Assembly: GCA_963761325.1 (NCBI GenBank) | Contig: CAVXGZ010000001.1 | Coordinates: forward strand, 1,859,020-1,891,019 | Origin: an uncultured Actinomycetota bacterium | GTDB taxonomy: Bacteria; Actinomycetota; Actinomycetes; Streptomycetales; Streptomycetaceae | Length of the DNA stretch: 32,000 bases | Direction: 5' to 3' | Shown here: piece by piece, positions 6,926 through 14,333 of the stretch | How positions within the stretch are numbered: the stretch's first letter is position 1 | Layout of the letters: each line of letters starts with the position of its first letter | Notes under the pieces: generated by a model | What the model was told of the DNA's origin: nothing | What the model saw: only the letters and a program-made list of their open reading frames with translations | Database searches by the model: none | Position numbers and translations under genes: made by a program

Positions 6926-9900
6926 GTGGATTTCAACCCGTTGCATCTGATCAACGAGTTGAACAACGCGATCGGGCATTCCACGGCGAGTGTGCTGGAG
7001 TTCCTCCACCTGACCGATCCGGCGGTGAGTCCGGCGGGGGTGCGCGAGGTCGCGAAGAAGTGGCGTGCGTTGGCCGGCGCGGTGGAGGACGCGGACCGCG
7101 CCGCGCAGCACGCGTTGCACGGGATCGTGTGGGAGGGCAAGGCCGCCGATGCGTTCGCGCACCGCGCCGGGCAGGTCCACCAGGAGGCCGGGAAGATCGC
7201 GGGCACGCTGCACCAGGGTGCCACCGCGATCGACAAGTTCGCGACGGAAGCGGACGATCTGATCTCGCAGATCGGGAACATCTGCGCGCAGATCGAGGAG
7301 ATGGAGGCTGCCGGACTCGCTCTGGACGTCCTGACCGAGGGGTTCGCCTCCTGCGCGGCGACCATCGCGGCCGGCGAACGCGCCACGCAGGTGGTGGCGT
7401 TGATCACCCGGATCGAGGAGTCCGGTTCGACGCTGGGGTCCGTGATCCGCACGATCGCCGAGGCCATCCGCTCCCTGGACCGCGTCCTGGAGGCGCTCAA
7501 GGACATCAAGGGCGTCGCCACGGTGGCCAAGTGGGCGGGCGAGGGGATGAAGTTCGCCGCCCTGGGCGATCTGTTGCAGGACCCGTCCGCCTTCACCCAC
7601 CCGGGCAAGCTGATGGACAGCCTCGCCGAGGGCGCGTTGATGGGGATCGGGTTCGGCGCGGCGGGCAAGGGCTTGGGCAAGGCGCTGGACGCGTTGTCCC
7701 CGGCCGCGTTGGGCGCGTTGAGCAAGACGCTGTGCAAGCTGGACGACCTGATACCCGAGGGATCCAAGCTGCGCCCCGGTGAGGACGACGGGATCCGCTC
7801 CAGCATCGCCAACGCCCTCAAACGCTTCAAGCAGGATCCGATCGACGTGGTCACCGGCGAGATGATGATCGCCCAGACCGACGCCGCCCTCCCCGGCATC
7901 CTCCCCCTGGTCCTGGAACGCACCCACCTGTCGTCGTACCGCACCGGCGGCTGGTTCGGCCCGTCGTGGGCCTCCACGCTCGACCAGCGTCTGCAACTCG
8001 ACGCCGACGGCGTGGTGTTGGCCACCGCCGACGGACTGCGCCTGTGCTACCAGCGCCCCGAACCGGGCGTCGCGACGTTCCCCGAACGCGGCCCGCGCCG
8101 GCCCCTGTTGTGGGACGGCCGCCCGGGCAGCCGCATGCGGGTCACCAACCCCGCCACCGGCCACACCCTGGTCTTCGCCCACCCCACCGGCGCCGGCCGG
8201 GACGGCGTCCTCGACCTGCCGCTGCAGGCGATCGAGGACCGCAACGGCAACTGGATCCGCATCCACCACAGCGTCATCGGCGTCCCCATCGAGATCGAAC
8301 ACCACGGCGGCTACCGCATAGCCGTCGACCGCCACCCCGACCGGCCCCGAATCACCGCCTACCGCCTCCTCGACGCCGACGGACCCGGCACCAGCACACC
8401 CCTGATGCGCTTCGGCTACGACGACCTCGGCCACCTCACCGAAGTCGTCAACTCCTCCGGCTTACCGCTGCGTTACACCTACGACCACGCCGGCCGCATC
8501 ACCTCCTGGACCGACCGCAACCACACCTCCTACCACTACACCTACGACACCGAAGGCCGCTGCGTCCGCGGCGAGGGCAGCGGCGGCTTCCAGTCCGGCA
8601 CCTTCGTCTACGACACCGCCCACCGCACCACCCGCGTCACCGACGCCCTCAGCCACACCTTCATCACCCAGTACAACGAAGCGCTACGGCCCGTCCGGGA
8701 GACCGACCCACTCGGCAACGTCACGATCACCGAATGGGACGACACCAATGAACACGTCGTCGCGGTGACCGATCCGCTCGGACGGATCACGCGGTACGAG
8801 TACGACGAGACGGGCAATGTCACCGCCGTTGAACGGCCGGACGGGACCGCCAAGACAGCGGCGTACAACGAGCTGAATCTCCCTGTGACGGTCACCGAGC
8901 CCGATGGCGGTATCTGGCGGTACACCTATGACTTCGGCGGCAATCGCCTGTCGGCCACTGACCCCGACGGATCCCGAACCGAATACGCCTATGACGCCGC
9001 GGGCGGCCTCGTCGCGGTCGTCAACGCGCTCGGTCACACCTGGCAGATGGAGAACAACTCTGCACGCCTCCCAGTTCTGTTCACCGACCCCCTGGGTCAT
9101 CGGACCGTGGTCGAACGGGATCGCTTCGGCAGGCATGCCGTACTGACCGACGCGCTCGAGAACACCACCAGGATCGGCTGGTCCGTTGAGGGACATCCGC
9201 TGTGGCGGGAACGTTCCGACGGCACGCGGGAGAGCTGGCGGTGGGACGGTGAGGGCAACCTCGCCGCGTACGCGGACCCGACCGGGAACACCACGATCTA
9301 CCGCGCGGGCCCGTTCGACCTTCCGGTATCCCGCACCAGTTCCGACGGGTCGACGCATTCTTTCGAGTACGACGGCGAGCTCAACCTCACCAAGGTCACC
9401 AACTCCCAGGGACTGAGCTGGACCTACGAGTACGACCCCGTCGGACGCCTGACGTCAGAGACCGATTTCGACGGCCGGACCCTGAACTACACCCGGGACG
9501 CTGCGGGCCGACTCGTCACCCGCACCAACGCACTCGGCCAGACCGTCACCTACCAACGCGACGCACTCGGCCAGGTCTCCGGCAAAGACGCCGACGGCCT
9601 CGTCACGACCTACACCCACGACCCGGTCGGCCGCCTCCTGCAAGCGGCCGGTCCGGACGCCGCCGTCACCTACCGGCACGACCGGCTCGGCCGAGTCGTG
9701 TCCGAGACCTGCAACGACCGCACCATGGCCTTCACCTACGACCCCCTGGGCAACCTCGTCCGTCGCACCACGCCCGCCGGCCACACGAGCACGTGGACCT
9801 ACGATTCCGCCGGCCGCCCCACGACACTGGCCACCGCCGGTCGCACAGTCGACTTCGAGCACGATCCCGTCGGCCGGGAGAGCACCCGCCGCTTCGGTGA

Positions 9901-11329
9901 GGACCTGACCCTGACCCAGGCATGGGACCCCATCGACCGGCTCACCGCCCAGACACTCATCGGCCGGGACTCCCGCACCATCCAACGCCGCGCCTACACC
10001 TACCGTGCCGACGAGTGTCTCGCCGCCCTCGACGACCACCTCAACGGCCCTCATACCTACGACCTTGACGCCACTGGCCGGGTCACCGCCGTCCACGCCG
10101 GCGACTGGGCCGAGCGCTACGCCTATGACGAAGCCGGCAACCAGACCACCGCCCAGTGGCCGCTCACCCACGCCGAGCCGGAAGCTATCGGTGATCGCGC
10201 CTACACCGGCACCCGCCTCACCCGTGCGGGCTCCATCCGCTACGAACACGATGCGCAGGGCCGCATCGTCCTCCGCCAGAAGAGCCGGCTGTCCCGCAAG
10301 CCGGACACCTGGCGTTATACCTGGGACGCCGAAGACCGGCTCACGGCGGTGACCACCCCGGACGGCACGGTCTGGCGTTACCTCTACGATCCGCTCGGCC
10401 GCCGCATCGCGAAACAGCGACTCGGTGACGACGGCGCCGTCCTCGAACACACCGACTTCGCCTGGGACGGAGTCACCCTCGCGGAAGAAGCTACCGCGAC
10501 GGCCTCCCGTTCCCAGCCGGTCATCCTGACCTGGGACCACATCGGTTCGCGCCCCATCGCGCAGACCGAGAGCAGGTCCGCCGCCGATGCCTCCCAGGAC
10601 GATGTGGACCGGCGCTTCTACGCCATCGTCACCGACCTCGTCGGCACGCCCAGCGAACTCGTCGACGAGCAAGGCGGCATAGCCTGGCGCACGCGCTCGA
10701 CGCTGTGGGGAAACGCCGCCTCGGCGACGGACGGATCCACGTCCACCCCCTTGCGTTTCCCGGGCCAGTACTTCGATCCCGAATCAGGACTGCACTACAA
10801 CGTCTACCGCTACTACGACCCGGCGACGGGCCGGTACGTCACGGCCGATCCCTTGGGACTGGAGCCCTCGCCGAACCCGCGCGGTTATGTGACGAACCCG
10901 CACCGCGAGATCGACCCGTTGGGGCTCATGTCGTGTGTGCCGCGGGTCTTCGCCGTTGATTCCGGCGGAGAAGCAGCCTCCCTCCCCGTGCATGAGATCG
11001 ACTCCGCCGTCCACGGGCCACAAGCGGCCAACTTCCTCAGAGCCGTGAACGACGGTGCTCCGGCGCTTGTTACGAGGAGGGCCGGAGGCGAGGCGGCAAC
11101 CAGGGCCGTGAGGCGTCAGGCACAAGCCCATGCGCCTCGGCCCACCTTGTTCGCCCCCAATGGAACCTGGGAGGAGTATCCTTTCGCTTCAACAGTCGAG
11201 GGCGGAAAGGGTGCGACGCTCACACTTTCCCCGAGGTCGGTTAATTCCAGTCATGGTTGGACTCTCAAGGAGTTTTACAAGGCGGCTGGCCTGAAAGTCG
11301 GCGATCAATACGTGGTCAGGATTGTCTGA
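6926..11329 (+). CDS. Rhs/YD-repeat polymorphic toxin (1467 aa): WXG-type helical N-terminal head, DUF6531-like plug, YD-repeat shell, RHS core with DPLGL, and a NucA/NucB-like DNase C-terminal tip
   Basis: The start is set at in-frame GTG 6926, because the track start 6764 overlaps the upstream gene with junk translation. A WEG motif lies at 7130-7138 inside a helical region (GIVWEGKAADAFAHRAG). DPIDVVTGEMM..LPLVLERTHLSS looks like a DUF6531-type domain. There are many YD repeats (YTYDxxGRL/V, e.g. YTYDHAGRITSWTD, YEYDPVGRLTSETD). The RHS core reads FPGQYFDPESGLHYNVYRYYDPATGRYVTADPLGL..NPHREIDPLGL. Confidence 0.9.
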   Translation: MDFNPLHLINELNNAIGHSTASVLEFLHLTDPAVSPAGVREVAKKWRALAGAVEDADRAAQHALHGIVWEGKAADAFAHRAGQVHQEAGKIAGTLHQGATAIDKFATEADDLISQIGNICAQIEEMEAAGLALDVLTEGFASCAATIAAGERATQVVALITRIEESGSTLGSVIRTIAEAIRSLDRVLEALKDIKGVATVAKWAGEGMKFAALGDLLQDPSAFTHPGKLMDSLAEGALMGIGFGAAGKGLGKALDALSPAALGALSKTLCKLDDLIPEGSKLRPGEDDGIRSSIANALKRFKQDPIDVVTGEMMIAQTDAALPGILPLVLERTHLSSYRTGGWFGPSWASTLDQRLQLDADGVVLATADGLRLCYQRPEPGVATFPERGPRRPLLWDGRPGSRMRVTNPATGHTLVFAHPTGAGRDGVLDLPLQAIEDRNGNWIRIHHSVIGVPIEIEHHGGYRIAVDRHPDRPRITAYRLLDADGPGTSTPLMRFGYDDLGHLTEVVNSSGLPLRYTYDHAGRITSWTDRNHTSYHYTYDTEGRCVRGEGSGGFQSGTFVYDTAHRTTRVTDALSHTFITQYNEALRPVRETDPLGNVTITEWDDTNEHVVAVTDPLGRITRYEYDETGNVTAVERPDGTAKTAAYNELNLPVTVTEPDGGIWRYTYDFGGNRLSATDPDGSRTEYAYDAAGGLVAVVNALGHTWQMENNSARLPVLFTDPLGHRTVVERDRFGRHAVLTDALENTTRIGWSVEGHPLWRERSDGTRESWRWDGEGNLAAYADPTGNTTIYRAGPFDLPVSRTSSDGSTHSFEYDGELNLTKVTNSQGLSWTYEYDPVGRLTSETDFDGRTLNYTRDAAGRLVTRTNALGQTVTYQRDALGQVSGKDADGLVTTYTHDPVGRLLQAAGPDAAVTYRHDRLGRVVSETCNDRTMAFTYDPLGNLVRRTTPAGHTSTWTYDSAGRPTTLATAGRTVDFEHDPVGRESTRRFGEDLTLTQAWDPIDRLTAQTLIGRDSRTIQRRAYTYRADECLAALDDHLNGPHTYDLDATGRVTAVHAGDWAERYAYDEAGNQTTAQWPLTHAEPEAIGDRAYTGTRLTRAGSIRYEHDAQGRIVLRQKSRLSRKPDTWRYTWDAEDRLTAVTTPDGTVWRYLYDPLGRRIAKQRLGDDGAVLEHTDFAWDGVTLAEEATATASRSQPVILTWDHIGSRPIAQTESRSAADASQDDVDRRFYAIVTDLVGTPSELVDEQGGIAWRTRSTLWGNAASATDGSTSTPLRFPGQYFDPESGLHYNVYRYYDPATGRYVTADPLGLEPSPNPRGYVTNPHREIDPLGLMSCVPRVFAVDSGGEAASLPVHEIDSAVHGPQAANFLRAVNDGAPALVTRRAGGEAATRAVRRQAQAHAPRPTLFAPNGTWEEYPFASTVEGGKGATLTLSPRSVNSSHGWTLKEFYKAAGLKVGDQYVVRIV
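10928..11326 (+). other. C-terminal toxin tip of the Rhs protein (aa 1335-1467), NucA/NucB-type deoxyribonuclease-like
   Basis: It begins immediately after DPLGL (10913-10927). WEEYPFASTVEGGKGATLTLSPRSVNSSHGW..GDQYVVRIV aligns by eye with the Bacillus NucA/NucB signature as I remember it (DEWPMA.C.EGG.GA.V.YV.PSDNRGAGSW..GT.VLF.I). By hand count, 11161-11280 has 63 G+C in 120 nt (about 52 percent), against 41 of 60 (68 percent) at 8521-8580 in the shell. Confidence 0.65.
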
Positions 11330-11342
11330 GGAGGATGGTCAG

Positions 11343-11894
11343 GTGCTTGAGGAGCGGATCGGGGAACTCTGGGAGGAAGCGGCGCGACTCGCCCTTCCGG
11401 TCGTGGCGCATAGGAAACCAGGCGTCCCGGCGGACTTCTTGGAGCGCGCTTTCGACCAGCGGATTCCTTCGGAGGTCGCAACCTGGTTCGCATCCTGCGA
11501 TGGCGTCGATCAGTACCCGGGGCAGACCCAGAATGACGCCGCTCTCGTTCCCGGCTATGAACCGCTCTCCGTCGACCAGTCGGTGGCGATACAGCGTGAA
11601 CAGATGTCGGAACCTCTCCTTCGTCCCACATTCTTTCCGCTGATCGGTGCCGGCGGCGGCGACTTCTACGCAGTGTCGTACGATCCGGAGACACAACGGT
11701 CGTCTGTCGTCAGCGTGGTGATCGGAGAGGAAACGAGGATCGCCTACCGAAGCGTCGATCAAATGGTAGAGACACTTGTTCAGTGCTACCGGGAGGGCAT
11801 CTTCTTCGTCGATGACGATGGCGTACTCCAAGCGGACGATGAACTCTGGATCCAGAAGGAGTACGACGCGCTCGGCATCTCGGCCGAGGAGTAG
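11343..11894 (+). CDS. SMI1/KNR4 (SUKH superfamily) immunity protein cognate to the Rhs toxin tip
   Basis: SUKH-like features are IPSEVATWFASCDG, EPLSVDQ and FFPLIGAGGGDFYAVSYDP. It lies immediately downstream of the toxin stop (11327-11329). GAGGAGGA at 11328-11335 sits 7 nt before GTG 11343; the track start TTG 11322 is the alternative. GC is visibly lower than in neighbouring genes. Confidence 0.8.
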   Translation: MLEERIGELWEEAARLALPVVAHRKPGVPADFLERAFDQRIPSEVATWFASCDGVDQYPGQTQNDAALVPGYEPLSVDQSVAIQREQMSEPLLRPTFFPLIGAGGGDFYAVSYDPETQRSSVVSVVIGEETRIAYRSVDQMVETLVQCYREGIFFVDDDGVLQADDELWIQKEYDALGISAEE

Positions 11895-12046
11895 TCGCCG
11901 GGGAGTTGGCGAACCACCCGGCTGATGTACGGAACGGCTGATGATGGAGCCGATCCGGTAGATACAGCCCCGCGCGGTGGTGGTCTGCCTGCGCCGAGGG
12001 GGCACTGGCCACCAACAGCGACGTCCGTCGCCCCGGTGACGTCGCG

Positions 12047-12749
12047 TGGTCGTTCTTCGTCACCGCTTCCCTGCCCGAGGAGCGGTGGCCCGACCGGGAC
12101 GACGAGGGACTGGCGCGGGAGTTGTCCCCGGTGCTCCGCGCCGACGTGCTGTACTCCCGTGGGATCCCTTGGCCGCCGTCCGTCGTGGACCTGATCCGGC
12201 CCCAACGGCGAGCACGTGTTCCGCGTCGACGACCTGGAGTTCGGCGACGAGCCGGGCGTGATCACCGGGGCGAGCGCCTCTCTGCCGGCGCTGCCGCACG
12301 TCCCCGTCGTCCGTTTCCCCGACGTCGCGTTGCAGGCCAGGATCCCGTCGCCGGTCACGGACGCGCTCTTCCCCCCGGACGACCACAAGCCCACCGCACC
12401 GCTGTACCCGCTGGTGCTCGCCATGGCCATGTGGGAGCAGTTGGTCGGGCGCATGGCGGCGGACTGGCCGCCGATGGGCTGGTTCGGCGCGGGACTCTAC
12501 GCGGACCGACTGGAGTACCGGGACGAGGTCATGGTGCGTCTGACCGATGCCCCCGAACCCCTCCGCAACGCGGTCCGGGAGGCTTTGGACCCGCTCGACG
12601 CCGCGTTCCGGGACGCCACCGTCGACGACGGAGGCGCCGCGCTCATCGCCTCCGGCGCGGCCACGGCCGAGGGCATCGCCGACAGCGCCTGGTACTGGCA
12701 CCGCCGCCCGCCGGTGCTGTCGTGGGAGCCGGGCGACATCCTCCGCTGA
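12047..12749 (+). pseudogene. hypothetical protein with an apparent frameshift at a C4 run (12200-12203); possible orphan immunity-type gene
   Basis: Frame 2 across 12047-12202 reads WSFFVTASLPEERWPDRDDEGLARELSPVLRADVLYSRGIPWPPSVVDLIRP, and 48 of 52 codons end in G/C, so it looks coding. The coding signal then continues in the frame of ORF 12216..12749 (NGEHVFRVDDLEFGDEPGV..). No canonical start codon lies in-frame between the upstream stop at 11942 and TTG 12122, so the protein-like stretch from 12047 has no start of its own. GTG 12216 (177 aa) is the alternative intact reading. Confidence 0.4.
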
Positions 12750-12875
12750 ACGGGCCCGTCGACACCTGCCGCTACACCGAGTTCGTCCGGTGCAGCGTCA
12801 TGACGAAGGCACCCCGGAAGAATTGACGTCATACAACGCCCGCACGGGGGCGGCGTACCGCATCCCCTGTTCGCC

Positions 12876-12900
12876 GCCGGCCTCCCACCGGGAGGCCGGC
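12876..12900. terminator. GC-rich hairpin between convergent genes (candidate bidirectional terminator)
   Basis: A perfect 11-bp stem, GCCGGCCTCCC (12876-12886) with GGGAGGCCGGC (12890-12900), encloses a 3-nt loop. It lies 10 nt from the GH43 stop codon. There is no obvious U-tract. Confidence 0.5.
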
Positions 12901-12910
12901 AGCCGCCGGG

Positions 12911-13981
12911 CTACTCGAAGAACTTCAGGCTCCAGCCCGTGTCGCTGGTGGGGCCGGGGACGTTGGCTCGGGTGTACGTGGTGTTGCCCCACCAGCAGAA
13001 CGTGCCGGTGAACCAGTAGCGGTTGGCCCAGGAGTACGTGGTGCCCTTGGGGACCGCGGTGTACATCATGGGGAACTTCGGGCCGGCCGGGGGACTGGTG
13101 TTGATGTCGCCGTTGAGCAGGACGAAGCTGTGGCTGCCGGGGCCGTTGACGTAGAGGGTCGGGTCCCAGCCGGGCATCATGTTGGCGGCGTTGGAGCCGA
13201 ACAGGCAGCCGTTCGACTTGTACCAGTCCCAGACGTAGGTCGGGTCGCCGCCGGACCGCAGCCGCAGATCGGCCATGCAGTACTGGTCGCTCCAGCTTCC
13301 GTTGGCGGAGTACACGATGTGCAGCTGGCCGTTGGGGTCGATGATGGCCGCGGGCGCCTCGTTGATGTAGGGGTTGCCGACCACCCGCTCCCAGCTCTCG
13401 CGCGGCTGCGAGATGATGTACCGCGCGCCGGTCGGCGTGGTCGGGCTGCTCATCCGGGCGATGTAGAGGTCCTGTTCGACGTTGGTGTCGCCCTCCCAGC
13501 CCGACCAGACGAACCAGCGCTGCCCGTTGAAGGTGAACATGTTGCCGTCGATGGCCCACTTGTCGTCCGGCAGGGCCAGTTCGGTCTCGGCGCCGTATCC
13601 GCTGTTCGCGGTGGCGGAGCTGATCACGTACATCCGGTGGGCCGATCCGGCGCCGGCCGTGAAGTAGATGTAGTAGCGGCCGCTGTCCACCACGATCTCC
13701 GGGGCCCACACCTCACCGCGGCCCTGGGTGTCCGACCAGACCGTCTGCGGGGTCGCCGCGCCGAGGTCGTCCGGGGAGGACGCCTCCCGCACGGCGATAC
13801 CGCCGTTGGACGACTCCGCCGAGATGTAGGTGCTGCCGACCCTGATCACGCTCGGGTCCGCGTTGTTGATGGTGGTCTGGGACGCCTGGGCGGGCGTGGG
13901 GCACAACAGCGACAACACGGCGGTCAGGGCGCCGCACAGGGTGAGGGCCAGGGTGCCGTGGAGACTTCGCAGGAGCTTCAT
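12911..13981 (-). CDS. secreted glycoside hydrolase family 43 protein
   Basis: The signal peptide is MKLLRSLHGTLALTLCGALTAVLSLLCPTPAQA. GH43-type five-bladed propeller motifs are present: ADPSVIRVGSTY, VWAPEIVVDSGRYYIYFTAG, WAIDGNMFTFNGQRWFVWSGW and INEAPAAIIDPNGQLHIVYSAN. Confidence 0.85.
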   Translation of the reverse strand: MKLLRSLHGTLALTLCGALTAVLSLLCPTPAQASQTTINNADPSVIRVGSTYISAESSNGGIAVREASSPDDLGAATPQTVWSDTQGRGEVWAPEIVVDSGRYYIYFTAGAGSAHRMYVISSATANSGYGAETELALPDDKWAIDGNMFTFNGQRWFVWSGWEGDTNVEQDLYIARMSSPTTPTGARYIISQPRESWERVVGNPYINEAPAAIIDPNGQLHIVYSANGSWSDQYCMADLRLRSGGDPTYVWDWYKSNGCLFGSNAANMMPGWDPTLYVNGPGSHSFVLLNGDINTSPPAGPKFPMMYTAVPKGTTYSWANRYWFTGTFCWWGNTTYTRANVPGPTSDTGWSLKFFE

Positions 13982-14333
13982 AGTCCCGTTCCATGTCGGC
14001 CTCCGCTTCGACGCCGGGCCGACGCGGGAACGCCGACCGAGGAGCGACGTCCGGTCAGAATCGCGTCGGAGGGGGCGGCTGGGCGCTCTGACCGTCTGGA
14101 TTCCACCGCTTCCGCACCGAGGTCAACGGCGTGGGAAGGGCAGTCCAACAGCATCCCGAGCGGCCATGCCCATGTCAATCATGCCGGGAACCGTCCGCCC
14201 CGCGGCGACGGGGTCGCGCCGCGGGGCGGACGTGCCGCCGACGCCGCTGTGGTCCCGCACGGCCACCGCGCCGGCTGCCCGCCCCGGCCGTCAGCGACGA
14301 CGTCCCGCGTTCGCCGCCCGGCCCGGGCGGGGG

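Noticed and set aside
6088-8434. Long minus-strand ORFs (6088..8025 and 6701..8434) opposite the Rhs 5' region, and + strand ORFs 7060..7782 and 7966..8751
   Set aside because: Low-complexity S/A/R/P-rich translations. The Rhs frame alone shows domain content and consistent codon bias.
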